Positions 14,393 through 28,118 are shown, numbered from the stretch's first letter. The stretch is DNA of 64,000 nucleotides from Epiperipatus broadwayi (GCA_028023455.1 JAQFVV010000007.1:10044001-10108000), one strand, 5' to 3'. Notes: generated by a model from the sequence alone, not told the origin. Translations and numbers: made by a program.

Positions 14393-14994
14393 GTAAGATA
14401 AATTAGTGTTGATATTTTTTTATTGTAGATACTGCAATTTCTACCATATAAGATGCAATGGGACATAAAATGCTTCACAAAATTTTAATCCAAGATTATC
14501 AATGTTCTCTAGTTTGATTAAATTAATGGCAACCTTTTTTTTTTTTATTATCGAAAAAAAAAAAATCTTGCAAATGTGTATATACATGTTGGGTGATCTT
14601 GCTGTAAAGGACACCATAATCACTTGATACTGATTATTATCAGTCATCAGGCTGATCCCATAGCATAACTGCAAGACAGCTGTCTCATGCAGAATTGAAA
14701 TAAGCATTAAAAATTGTATTTGAATATATATATATTAGTAAAAAAATTTATTTAATACACATTTCATCCTATTCTATCCATAACTTTGTTCTTTAGGTGA
14801 TTTTAAACAGTTCGTATCACTAATTTTTTAATGTGCAGTTCTTAATATTTGATCCAGGTCCTAGAATTGATCATGGCCACTGTTATTGTTGATTTGTCAT
14901 TGCCTTTAATTAATAACCCATGATCAGAATACATTATAAAGCAGTAATGTTTACATTAGGATAGTGCACCTGTCCTTTTTCTTATCTTTAATGA

Positions 14995-15056
14995 AAATAG
15001 AGCTCTTTAATTCAAAAATCCATCAAATAGAGCTCTTTAATTCAAAAATCCATCAA
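14995..15056. repeat. 30-bp tandem duplication
   Basis: aaatagagctctttaattcaaaaatccatc occurs twice in tandem. Confidence 0.95.
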
Positions 15057-16717
15057 GTAAGTAATGAAAAAAAAAAGCATTGGAAAAGGCCGTCCATGTT
15101 AAGTTTCTGTCTTTTGATCTCATGAAAGAAGAAATTGGTTTTTATTGTATCAGTCTCAAAAATCAGTATTTACTTTTTATTCTATTATTTAAGTTAATGG
15201 TTTGAAATTTTTTAACACTCTAAGGATTTGAACTCAGGTTAATTTGCTTATTTGATTATACCATTTGACACCAGGTTAGCAGATATATATTTTAAAGCAA
15301 TCAATTATAAGCTAATTGCATGCATTATTTTTTTTTTGATGTAAGGAAAATACTAGAAATATAATATTGATGCTTTTAAAACATATACAAGTCATAATAT
15401 TATGAATCAAATGTCTGTATAGAAAAGGTAAATGAAATGATTGAAAAAATTCATTACTGATTTTGATATTTGTTAGAGATATAAGGCAATATAAGCTGCA
15501 AATTACTTACATAGTGTTGCTAACCTTTTCTGTTATATATTATCAGACAGTTGTAGCATGTTATTTTAAATCACAAAGAAAACAATGAGTAAAATTAGTG
15601 GACACAATTTTAGTATTTTTCATCCTTTTGTCAAAAAATTTAAGGTGAATGTAGTTCTTACAAGTGAAGTTATATATAATTGTCATTCTAAAACAGATTT
15701 AGGAAACAGGAAAAAGCAACTTGGTTTGAATTCAAAGCTTTAGGGGTGTTGAAAATTCACATCATCAGATTGAAAAGCAAAGTAAAAACTCTGTTTTTTT
15801 AATCAGAAAAAGGTGAGAAAGTAAAAATCTAATAATGAAGGTTGGATTTTTCATTATCACTGTACATCCATAGATTTAATTTACTATTTGTTGCTTTTAG
15901 GATTAAATACAAATGTCACCACTATATAATAATTTAAACTAAGAGAGCCAGTGACATATAGTATTGGTATAGGACTATTTCTATGCTACTCTTCAAAGTA
16001 AAATGAATTTACAATAGTTTATTTTAAGTAGTAGAAAGAGTTTTGAAAAAGACTATTGGACAGTCAAAAATGTCAGCCATTTTAAAAATTTCATTATAAT
16101 AAAATATTATGTTTGCATTATGTTAAGTGCATAAAAGAATATATTGGTATTGTTTGTCTATATTAAAACATTGCAATGTGATATTAAATACATTAAAAAT
16201 TGAATAATAGAATGAAACTGCATTTGCTTTATATTATTACTTTCTCAAGTTAATCCACAGTTTTTATAATTGTTGTAGATCTAAAGTTTTATAATTATAA
16301 CAAAAGTTAATTATTTATAAAATTAAATTATGAAATTTTCTACCGCTTTATGAAGGTGATTTCTTGATGCAATTAGAAAAAAATTTAAGGAATGGAATTG
16401 ATCTTATATGGTAAAATTACAGTTGATTTTGGATATTAATTACATTTAAATTTTAAAAAAAGTCATACTATTATTTGTTAGATCATAAAGAAGTTCAACA
16501 AACACATCTTGACCGGTTAATGAATCATAACATTGTTTTTAATTTATCTTCGGTTAAGAGTTGAAAAAAATGTTTTTTAAATGTATTACATAAATAATTT
16601 CAACATACTTATCAAAACTTTATTATTACGATATGAATATTAATAGATTTCTGTGGAGTGTAGATCATCAAATATATCGATATTTAAAAAATATATCTCG
16701 CACATTAATGAAGACTT

Positions 16718-16729
16718 GGCGGCCATTTT
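16718..16729 (-). promoter_or_regulatory. YY1-like motif within a locally CpG-retaining segment (candidate promoter)
   Basis: GGCGGCCATTTT (AAAATGGCCGCC on the minus strand). Several CpGs occur in ~16320-17220 against a CpG-depleted background. Confidence 0.3.
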
Positions 16730-17552
16730 TAGTGCATCAATTATTTTTTATTTTTCTAAATATTTATGCTAGTAGATGTGACCTAATTTCTTTCACGTAA
16801 AATATATTATTTAAATATTTTTGAACAAATCATTAACAAGAAATTATTTCTTTATTTATTTACCTATAGAATATTATTTTTGTTATAAATAATAATAACC
16901 ATATGTTTGGATTGTTATTTACTTGATTATATATCTAATTCTGTAAAAGATTGACTGAAACTATTTATTAATAATATTTATTTATTATGCAATTATATAT
17001 TTTATTTAATATAAGATTTTGTGAATTACTAGTTATTAATCAGTAAAATTAAAATAGTCTGCTAATCTGCAAAGTATTAAAAGAAGAGATTCTTCTTTTT
17101 CCTAATACATATATATTTTTTAACTTTTAGAATATAATACCAAAATTGTTTTTATTGGATGTTGTTTTTATGATATAGGAGCTAAAGGTCAGTATGTTTG
17201 TCTTTATTATTGAGCGGAAAGAAAAACTAATCAATAAACAATAAAATTTCCACATTTATTCTTGAATATATAAATACTAATGAAAAATAAATAAAATGAA
17301 GAAATACTTTGCAATAAAAATGTGTATTAAGTAAAAACAAATCAGATAACAGTCACTGTTTAAAAGGTTTATGAAATAAAAGTGACAAAAGTTAATAAAC
17401 TTTTGTGGCCATAAATTTAGCATTAAACCAGGCATTTTATTCTTTATTGATTCCAGTTTTATGGTATCAAATTCCAATTGCAGTAACCATCTTTTTGTTT
17501 TTTTATGAAGTATTATAACTTTATCTTTCTTATTGCATTGCCAAATTCATAT

Positions 17553-17772
17553 AATATTAATATCATCTATATTGTTTATTACTTTTTACAATGTGTTTTT
17601 ACAATCCATTATCGACAGTTTTGATTGCCCTAGCAATCTTCTTCAGAACTCCTACTTATATTTCCAAAGAAGTTCTGAAGAAGATTGCTGGGGCAATTGA
17701 AACCGTCAATAATAGGTTGTAAAAAAGCATTGTAAAAAGTAATAAAGAACATAGATGATATTAATATATTTT
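17553..17772. mobile_element. Short foldback with hammerhead motifs at the centre
   Basis: Arms ~17553-17650 and ~17671-17772 are reverse complements with a ~20-nt spacer. Confidence 0.85.
17672..17710 (+). ncRNA. Minimal type-I hammerhead ribozyme motif
   Basis: gtt CTGAAGA a GATTG ctgggg CAATT GAAA ccg TC aat: intact core, 5-bp stem II, GUC triplet, 3-bp stem I. The mirror copy at 17611-17649 (minus) has a perfect stem II but G12>A. Confidence 0.7.
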
Positions 17773-19514
17773 TTGTTTTTCTTTTAGATGCTGGAATGTA
17801 ACTCAGTTGAATGTTTTTATTTAATAGGCTTTCTATCTCCAATGGTTTTGCCTTTTAGTTTCATTTTTTATAGATTGACATTTAATCTTATGCTTGTATT
17901 TAATTTATCTGTTTCTTTTAAAACACTCATTGCACTGCTCTATATTTTTCTTGTTTGTATTTAATACATATTTTGTTTGTGGATTATCTTTTGCTTATTT
18001 TATACACATTTTCATTGCAAAATATATTATTTTTTTGAAATTCAGGAATAAATACAGACATTTTATTTTTTACAGATTAATTTTTGATTTTTCTCAATGC
18101 TAAGTGCTATGTGGAAATAGATCAAATATTATATTAACATCAGTATGTTTTTCTAGACATATAGCTTACAGATTTCCAGATGTTTTGTTTTATATTGTTG
18201 TCTGAAGATGACAATTTAAAACAATCATTATAATATCAATAAAAAAATTATAAACATAAAAGAATTTTAAAACCATATACTCATTGATATATTCTGTAGC
18301 TAACACTTTGTGATTTTATAGACAGAATTATTTTTTAAGTGTTGGAATGTAACAGGAATTTTTCTATGAAGTAATCTAAATAAAATGTCAGCTACATATA
18401 ACCAGGTGTCATTAATTAAATCTGATAATGCAATCTGAAACCCGGTGATTTATTAAAAACAATAGTATTTGTCTGAGTTATGTTAAGCTGGAAGCAGAAT
18501 ATTATTAGCTTAATTTAACTCTAACATAAGAGTGGTGATTTAGATATAGATACTTAATATGTGTAAACATTTGAATTGTAACTACTCCTCTGAATTTTTA
18601 GAAGCAGTCAAAAATCTTTGACATAGAATTTTATAAACTGTGAGTCATAATAAAAAAATAAGTGTTCTCTTCCCAAGATGTCTGCAGTGCCATGTGTAAA
18701 ACAATGCACAAGGTATAAAGCAATTTAGTTTAGCTATTTACTACAAAAGTGTTTTGAGGCATTGATCATACGTCACAACATAAAGTGTGATAATGAGTTT
18801 TATATCTTCATCATCATCTTCAATGCTCTCCTTGCAACCACAAAATCTTCCAAAGCACTTGAAAATATTCTTGTATTTCATGGCTTCACTGCTACATACT
18901 GTTTAAATCATTCCAACCTATCAATAACAACTTTGCCCAATTTAAAATAAAATTTAATATTAGTGTATTGTTCTGTCATGACTTAAGATATAAACATATC
19001 ATCACATTTTTATGTCATTCATGATCCAGACATAAATATTGGTACAAAATTATGCATTGATTCAGAAATGGAACTGTAGACAAATGAGGAAAACACTAAT
19101 CAACTTTTCACTGAAACATCCTGTGATATTAAGTGAAAGACTTTCACAGATTTACAGATGCAAACATTAAAATATAAGGGGATTTTTAATGAAAGAATCT
19201 AGATAAAATTACAACTATAATACTAAACTCTCCATACTAGTAGTGCCACACAGTGAAAGCCAGAGAAATCAATGGATGCACTGAGTAGCTTGTAAGCATA
19301 AGGAATGGTGATCATATGATGTTTATTAGTTTGATATTTCACATTATTACCCATATAATGAATCTGTTTGATTCTCAAGTGTTCCACTTTTGACTTAACA
19401 TGGTCATGTGAGTTGCATTGCCAGTTTTAATTGGTTGTTTGCCTGATTATATCATAGTTGCAATTGTATTAGATTATTACATGAAAAATTCTCATTATAT
19501 TTCAATACATACAC

Positions 19515-21430
19515 TTATAAGATGTGATATGTTGGACTATTTCCATCATTTATGAGTGAATGTTGAATGTATAGAAAATTTTAAACTTTATTTAAACTTT
19601 CCAAATACAAACAACTTGTTAGTAATAACACACACATAGACAATACAGGTTAGTAATTACACAACATTTTGAGTAGTATTATTCTCCACTCTTCTTCAGG
19701 TGTTGCTGGCCTATATGCACAGTGACAATATTCACTTAGAAGTTGAATTCACACCTTTAGTTTCTTAAATATTGAATTTAAGGCACACAAATGCTCTACC
19801 AACTGAGCTATTCTGCCAAAGGCAACATATAGTAGAAATTTGATATATTTATATATAAGGGTTGGTTCAAATCCTCCTGAGTCCTTCAATTTTTTTTTTA
19901 TAATGACGCTAATTTTTTATTTTTATTTTTTCCTAAGAGCAAGATTAATTAGAGGCTTCCATACATTGTGTATTGGCACACTGGGTTGACTTATAGGATT
20001 ATTTACCATTGTCATATGAGCAGCTTCCTTGAATTTTTTTCTATGCATTTTTTTTCTCTTTATCCAACATCTTTGTATTTTCCCACTTAAGCATATGGTC
20101 ATTATTACGTACATGATCTGCTATGGTAGACACATCTGTTTTTTCTCTTTAAACCATTAGTTTAAGCTCCTTTAATCACTGTTCAACAGGGAAACAGGTC
20201 TCACCAATGTATTTCCTTCTACATTCACATGGTATTTCATAGATGCAGTTTTTGTTTTTCAGCATTTCCAGTTTAGGCATAGTAGAAGTAAGCATTCCTC
20301 TAAGCGTGGTATGGCTGTTATATTGACTGCAGATTTTCTTTAATTTGTCTGCCATTCCTGGTATGTATTGATACACTACCATACCAATAATTGTTTTCTT
20401 TTTTGGTGTCTCTTTGTGTTGCCTATTGAAGGTTTTACTAATGATTGCTGATGGATAACCATTCTTCATAAGCATTTATTCTATGTGAATCTTTTCTTTT
20501 TCCATATCACTGGTTTCTGAACAAACCTCCTCTGCTCTGTTAAATAGTGATAGTACAATTTCTTGTTTAGTGCTTCTTGTATGATTGGATATATATGCAA
20601 GGTATTTTCCAGTGTGTGTTGGTTTCCTATAAACTGTTATTTTTACTTTGCCCTGAGGGAGTCTTGTGACAAGAACATCCAAGAATATCAATTTTTGTTC
20701 TTGTTCTGATTTCATCATGAAATTAATTGTAGGAGATATGTTGTTAATGTGCATCCAGAATGACTGTAATTTTACTTCACCATGTGACCATACCACAAAT
20801 GTATCATCAACATATCGAAGCCACACTTTAGGTGAACATGGAGTAGTATTTATGGCTGTGGTTTCAAGTTATTCCATGTAAATGTTGCTGAGCAAGTGTG
20901 ACAATGATGATCCCATGGCCATCCCTTGATTTTGTTGGAAGAATTCTGAGTTATATTGAAAATATGTTGTTGTTACACAGAATGTTAATAATTCCATTAT
21001 GTTTTAGTTTGTAGACAATTATCATCATTTAACCTTTTCCTTACAATAGACAATGCATCATCACATGGTACATTTGTAAACAGACTTTCCATATCAAAGC
21101 TTACCAATATGTCAGTTCTTTCCATTTTCATGTTTCTGACTAATTCTACAAAGTGCTTAGAATCCTGATGAAAGACTGTGTCCTGTCCACCAAAGGACTA
21201 AGAACTTCGAAAAGAAATCTTAGCAAATTTTGACATGGTGAATTTCGAGAACTAGCAATAGATCTTAATGGAGCATTGTCTTTATGGATTTTAGGCAGTA
21301 TATACAGGTGAGGAATCTTGCTGAAATATGAAGTTAATTTTTTTTCTGAATCCCTGAAATACCTGTGATGCTTCCAGAGCAATGCTTGTAGTTTTACCTT
21401 TGTATTTGGAATTGGATTTTTTGCTACTTT
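19515..21430 (-). mobile_element. 5'-truncated Penelope-like element, left arm of inverted dimer
   Basis: KIPHLYILPKIHK..PLRSIAS, WLRYVDDTFVVW, LIFLDVLV, VYRKPTHTGKYL, CIYEIPCECRRKYIGET (GIY-YIG), followed by a tRNA-like/hammerhead 3' region. Confidence 0.95.
19745..19817 (-). ncRNA. tRNA-like Pol III cassette embedded in the PLE 3' UTR
   Basis: ggcagaa TAGCTCAGTTGGTAGAGC (perfect A-box/D-arm) with a decayed B-box (gaattcaacttc). Mirror copy at ~23042-23117. Not a functional tRNA: anticodon arm and acceptor stem do not close properly. Confidence 0.7.
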
Positions 21431-21451
21431 TTTGTATTGGCCTGCTGTGAA

Positions 21452-23374
21452 AAGGTATTTCAGTGATTCAGAAAAAAGAAAATTAACTTCGTATTTCAGT
21501 AAGATTCCTCACCTGTATGGACTGCCTAAAATCCATAAAGACAATGTTCCATTAAGACCTATTGTTAGTTCTAGAAATTCACCATGTCAAAATTTGTCAA
21601 GATTTCTTCTCAAAGTTCTTAGTCCATTGGCATACAGGACACAGTATTTCATCAGAAATTCTAAGCACTTTATAGAATTAGTCAGGAACATGAAAATAGA
21701 AAGAACTGACATATTGGTAAGCTTTGATGTGGAAAGTCTGTTTACAAATTTACCATGTGATAAGGCATTGTCTATTGTACGAAAAAGGTTATATGATGAT
21801 AATTGTCTACAAACTAGAACAGCTCTACCTATTGGTAGTATAATGGAATTATTAACATTCTGTGTAACAACAACATACTTTTCAATATAACTCATAATTC
21901 TTCCAACAAAATCAAGGGATAGTCATGGAATCATCACTTTCACCCTTGCTCAGCAACATTTATATGGAAGAACTTGAAACCACAGCCATAAATACTACTC
22001 CATGTTCACCTAAAATGTGGCTTTGATATGTTGATGGTATATTTGTGGTATGGTCACATGGTGAGGTAAAATTACAGTCATCCTGGATGCACATTAACAA
22101 CATATCTCCTACAATTAAATTCACAATAGAATCAGAACAAGAACAAAAATTGGAATTCTTGCATGTTCTTTTGCAAGACTCCCTCAGGGCAAAGTAAAAA
22201 CAACAGTGTATAGGAAACCAATACACACCAGAAAATACCTGGCATATATGTCCAATCATACAAGAAGCACTAAACAAGGAATTGTGCTATCACTATGGAA
22301 CAGAGCAAAGGAGGTTTGTTCAGAAACCAGTGATTTGGAAAAAGAAAAGATTCACATAGAACAAATGCTTATGAAGAATGGTTATCCAGCAGAAGTCATC
22401 AGGAAAACCTTCAATAGACAGCACAAAGAGACACCAAAAAGAAAACAATTATTGGTATGGTAGTGAATCCATATATTCCAGGAATGGCGGACAAATTAAA
22501 GAAAATCTGCAGTCAATATAACATTAGAACTGCTTTTCAAAACCATACCACACTTCGAGGAATGCTTACTTCTACTAATCCTAAACTGGAAATGCTGAAG
22601 AACAAAAACTGCATCTATGAAATACCATGTGAATGTGGAAGGAAATACATTGGTGAGACCTGACACCCTGTTCAACAGTGGTTGAAGGAGCACAAACTAA
22701 TGGTTAAAAGAGAAAAAAACAGATGTGTCTACCATAGCAGATCATGTATGTACTAATGATCATATACTTAAGTGGGAAAATACAAATATATTGGATAAAG
22801 AGGAAAAAATGTATAGAAGAAAATTCAAGGAAGCTGCTCATATGACAATTGTAAATAATCCTATATGTCAATCCACTGTGGCAATACACAATGTATAGAA
22901 GCCTCTAATTAATCTTACTCTTAGGAAAAATAAAATAAAAAACTAATTAGCCCCATTATAAAAAAAATTTTGAAGGACTCAGGAGGAGTTGAACCAACTG
23001 TCATATATAAATATATCAAATTTCCTCTATATGTTGCCTTTGACAGAATAGATCAGTTGGTAGCACATTTGCCTTAAATTTGATATTCAAGAATCTAAAG
23101 GTGCAAGTTCAACTTCTAAGTGAATATTGTCACTGTGCATATAGGCCAGCAACACCTGAAGAAGAGTGGAGAATAATACTACTCAAAATGTTGTGTAATT
23201 ACTAACCACTAACCTGTATTGTCTATTTGTGTTATTACTAATAAGTTGTTTGTATTTGGAAAGTTTAAATAAAGTTTAAAATTTTCTGTACATTCAACAT
23301 TCACTCATAAATGATGGAAATAGTCCAACATATCACATCTTATAATATACCATCATTACAAACTTTCAGACAAG
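21452..23374 (+). mobile_element. 5'-truncated Penelope-like element, right arm of inverted dimer (full 3' tail)
   Basis: KIPHLYGLPKIHKDNVPLRPIVS, LVSFDVESLFTNLP, YRKPIHTRKYL, CIYEIPCECGRKYIGET. TSD tacacttataag at 19510-19521 and 23375-23386 brackets both arms. Confidence 0.95.
23152..23196 (+). ncRNA. Hammerhead motif in the PLE 3' UTR, probably inactive (G12>A)
   Basis: acac CTGAAGA a gagt [loop] actc AAAA tg TT gtgt: stem I acac/gtgt, stem II gagt/actc. The mirror copy at 19659-19703 (minus) has the same changes. Confidence 0.65.
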
Positions 23375-24239
23375 TACACTTATAAGCCTGTGAAAATGTT
23401 TAAAATGATTATATTTTAGTAAATATATTTTTAAAAAAATATAAAGTGCAAGAATAAAGCATGTTGTTATTAGTAGTAAATATCAACAACTTCCAGAAGT
23501 CAATACAAATGTCTTATTTTTTAGAATGACATCACCAATTTGGATTTTCAAGCTGCTCAAAAGTAAATTCATTACTGTGATTATGTTCATGTCATTGCAG
23601 GAGATCTTATTTTTCATCAACAATCTTTCCAATATTTATTTACTTTTTTAATTATTTAGATTATCTTGTAGTATACCCAAAGTGAAATATTTTTAACTTT
23701 ATGATCTATGATGAAAATAAAACTTCAGATCTTTTTTGCCCACATGTCCACGTGCTCATTTTTCTTTCCATTCTCAAAATTTTATCTTTTCACCACTTTG
23801 TAACATATCATAGTTTCAACTTTGATCTTGGTTTTTTTAAAAATATGTCTTGACAACAATAGATACTTTTTAAGATTTTTGTCATAATTTTGCCCAGTGT
23901 TATTTATTACCCTTCAAACTTCTCACTTACTGGATACTTTGTTTGTAGATGAATGGGCTGACAAAGCAAAAATTGTTGATGATGATTGTTTTACCCATAG
24001 TCATTCACTGACCCTGCTGTCAATCTTTTCATCATATCTTTTCACTCAGTTCTTTAACTTTCCTAATAAATGTGATTATATCTTCTTTGTTTTTACTCTA
24101 AATTTGATATTATTCACATATCAAAAGTTGTTGAGTGTATGTTTCTCCAACTATGAATTGACATTAAATTTATTTAATAAGAAAGTTATGTATTTTACCA
24201 ATATTTACATATATATATATATATATTTCTAAAAGAGGT

Positions 24240-24435
24240 GATAATAGATGGACAATTAAAATCTTAAACTGGATTCCAAGAGATTGTAAAAGACCCAGAA
24301 AGAGTCAACATGTGAGATGGATTAATGAAATAAGAAAGTGGGTAGAGGTGATATGGAGAAGCTAAAGATTGGAGAAGATGATTGAACTTGGAGAGACTTT
24401 ATTCTGCAGTGGATTGATAAAGGTTATTGATGATG
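24240..24435 (+). mobile_element. RTE LINE 3'-end fragment
   Basis: Encodes ILNWIPRDCKRPRK...RWINEIRK...WIELGETFILQWID and ends in a gatgatgat tail. Confidence 0.9.
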
Positions 24436-26759
24436 ATATATTTTTAATATGGTGTCAACATGTTTTATCATAATTTGTTTTAATTGTGCTGTTGAGTCTC
24501 AAACAGAAATTCTTCATAAGAATAATGAAATGCATCAGCACATTATGTTAAGGGAACATGAACCATGATTACATGAAGACTTTGTTACCATGGTTGTCAA
24601 ATCTTCCTTATTTATTATTGAGTATATTACTATATGTTAATGCTAAATAGTAAAAAAAATATTGTTAATAATGATACTTTTTTGTACAATTGCTTAATTT
24701 ATTCTATTTTTTAGTCTGGTAAGACAAAATCTTGCAATTCGATTTTCATCCACGTCCCAATTTTCAATTTAGTTGGAATTTCACATGCATATGTGTTCTT
24801 GAGGTTAAGACATTTTTATAGAGTTTGAAAATAATTTTAGCCAAAAATTAAAAAAATAAATAAGCAGCACTTTTTCTAATTTAAAATTTTATTGATTAGT
24901 TGAAAACTGTTTTCCTAAATCATTGTGATACATAAAAAAAAAAACCAACAACGTAAAACCAACAAATAGAAAATAAAAAAATTAAAGAATTTCTAAAGAA
25001 ATGCTTTCATTTGTATAAATACAAATAAAAATTAAAAAATTAATTTTCTGCAGTTTTCACAAATAAAACTTGGAAGTGCTCATGTTTAGAAGTAAAATTC
25101 CTACTTTCTTGTATTAACACCAGCCAATATCTTTTTCAAATAAGAAGAAATAGATTGGCATCAACATAAGAAAGTGAAGTTTATTTTGATGATTTCTCAT
25201 CTCATGCTTTTATTTGTGCCGGCTGACGAAAATTTATTTTTTACTTTTTAGTGCATTTGTGTCAATAAAAGCATTACTTCAATATATTTTATTTATTTAA
25301 AGAATTATTTTAAATATATAACTGTACATTAATTAATTAATTAGAAAGCAGTTTATTGACACATCATCCATGTTTTACATATATACATATAATCTTTTTT
25401 TTTTAACATTTTTATTTAATTGCTCTTTTTAACTTTAGTTTTTAAAGGGAAAAGTTCTTTTTATTAGCATTGATTTTAATTATGCAAAGGTAAACTATGG
25501 ATTCAGTATTGATCGAAGTAAAAAATGTTCTCTCAGCTAGAATAGAGACTGCACCATAGGACTCATCTAACTAACCCTTCACCTAAAAATAATTAAATTG
25601 TCATCATCTTTAGATCTTTATTTCCCAGACATCTATTTACTGATAAGTGTTTTATGAGAGTACCTGGGTCCATCATGAATGGTGTATTTTATGTGTAACT
25701 GTAGTAACACTTATGATTTGACAATATGAAGGAAAATTGAGGTTAAAGTTGATGGCATCTTAAGGGCAAAAGAATAGACATTATATGGAATGCAAATTAC
25801 AAGTTTTTACTTATAAAATTAGCTCTTGATTTTGATCACTCATTATCATGCATAATTTTATCATTGTGATTTAATATTAGCAAAGTTTTACATCTTCCTA
25901 GTTTAACATAATACAATGAATTCAACGTAGGAAAGCTCCTGGGTCAATTCTTAGCTGAATAATAAAAAACCCTCATTTTGTTGAGGTGAGTCACAATCAT
26001 AAATGTTCAGACATCAGCTGACCACATGAGCAACTAATCTCATTGTTTTTATTAATGTGACATAATATACAGAAGAAAAGAGTTACAATTATGGAAAAAA
26101 AAGAGAATATCCATCAGTCCAGTAGTGACTTTCTACATCGATTAGGAATGCCACATTTCTACCTAGTCTATTATTTAAACAGAGAATATATTTTCAAAAT
26201 AATTATTTTAGTTTAACTTCCTGGAGATTTGTGGTGTTGCAGTTATATGTTAAAGATTATCGTGGTAGTTTTATAAATAGAAAGGTGACACAAATTTTAA
26301 GTACAACACAGATTCCAATGTGGTGTTACTGCTTTTAACAAATCAAAAGAAGTTTTATTGCAGGGAAATAACTACTTCTACTATGTTAGCTATAAGTAGA
26401 ATTGCCATTTTCTGTAATTTATTGTATGGAAGAGAGATGTGGACATCCTATTAACACAATATAAATGCATTACAAAAGGTTCATTTAAGGATACTCCCAA
26501 AATTTTAAAAATACAATGGAAAGATTGTAAAACCAATCAATATGTTCATCAACTTTCTAGATGCCATAACATAGAGTCTACAATTGTAACATCACACCTT
26601 CTTGGATTGAACACGTAAAATGAATGAATGATTCATGTCTTCCATGAAAGTGTTTTATGACAAACTTGAAAATGGGTTTCATGGAAGAGGTACATCTCTA
26701 AGATGTTATAAAGAGGTTTGACAATGATTGCTTCCATTGATAAGATATGGTAAAGAAAA

Positions 26760-26910
26760 ACACACCATACAGTAGTGCCAATGCCAACCAGAGTAATCAA
26801 TGGATGCCAGAAGACTGGTTGGCATTAGGTTGCACTACTGTATGGAGAGTTTTTCCTGTTTTAATAACAGTTATGTGCTAGCATAAGAAATGGTGATCAT
26901 GTGATATGGT
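26760..26910 (+). repeat. Dispersed family-F fragment (ccagagtaatcaatggatgc motif)
   Basis: The same motif or tail occurs at ~19255-19330, ~27720-27790, ~38545-38577, 61925-62300 and ~63935-63975. Confidence 0.7.
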
Positions 26911-27164
26911 AAAGAACAGAATACATTGAAGAGCTATACTTAGACATTGTGTTAAAATATTTTCAGAAAAAGAAAATTTTATGCTGAAAAAATTAAAAGA
27001 TAGCATCATAAAGTATCAAATAAACAAAAAAATAGACCAGTGTATTCTATATGTCAATATATTTATGGTTCATACATTGGTTTGTGCAAGCATTGCAAAA
27101 CTCATTTCTAAAGTAGTTTGTTTGTTTGTGGAGTTAGAATGGCCATACTCATTTATATATATAT

Positions 27165-27340
27165 GGTGTTGGACTATTTATGTTATTTAGTTAAATTGTT
27201 AAATGTTTTTGGAAAAAAATTAACTTTATTTATACTTTTCTAAATATATTCAAGTAATAGAACACAGTTTAGCACAGAATCCAATGCTTAAATGGTATTA
27301 TTCTCTCTCTGTTTTTAAGGCATTGCTGCTCTTATTAGTG
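27165..27340 (-). repeat. Solo degenerate family-B (PLE 3' end) copy
   Basis: gttggactattt...aactttattta...gtattattctctc matches 19530-19700. Confidence 0.6.
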
Positions 27341-28118
27341 ATAGCTGATTATAGGATTGTAGAGATAACATTTAGATTGATGAATAATGGATTTAAGGTA
27401 ATTCTATAATCAATTAGGTGTCTATTCTGGCTAATGGCCCAGCTGTCATTCATCAGAGCATAAACACTTGAAAAAAAAAAATAAAGCACTTCAAATATTG
27501 TGTTCCATGCTAACTTGTATATATCAAATATATTTAATTAAAGTCCCTAAAAGCATTTTGCAACTCAGGTAGATAATGGAAATGATTTCTATAGTTTTGG
27601 GTTCTATTGGGCTTTAAGCAGAAAACGTTTTATTCCAATTAGAATTTAACTTGCTTGTGTATCTTCTTTTAACCACTAAAACATCACATAGTCAACATTT
27701 CCTATGCGTACACAAACTGTATCCATTGGTTACTAAGGCTTGAACTGGGTGGCATTACTGTATGAAGAGTTTGCTACTGTTTTATATCTCAATTTACAAA
27801 TTCAGTCTAAGTTGTCCAAAATCCATTAAACATAAGCCAGTGCCATCTAGGTTTTCTTCTCTGGCCTTCATTGATTTTGTCATTGACTTCTGGAATTCTG
27901 GATTCCTAAAATGAAATTTTGATTTTGGTATATGTGTTTGTGTAATTGACAATCTATTTCTAGTGTTGCAGTTTACTCACCCGAAACTAATCTTTTAATT
28001 GTATAGTCATTTTTTTTCAAATCATACTCTGCTTTGTGATTTTGGATATTATCTTTGTCATCAAGACTGAGTGTTTTACTGAAAGTTTAGGCTTCATTTC
28101 TTTTATGGGTATATTTAT

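Noticed and set aside
14600-14660. CTGATGA followed by a perfect CTGAT/ATCAG hairpin (minus strand)
   Set aside because: No GAAA or NUH follows, so it is not a hammerhead.
18200-18230. gtCTGAAGAtgacaatttaaaac hammerhead-like start
   Set aside because: Stem II 3' strand and G12 are missing; too degenerate to support.
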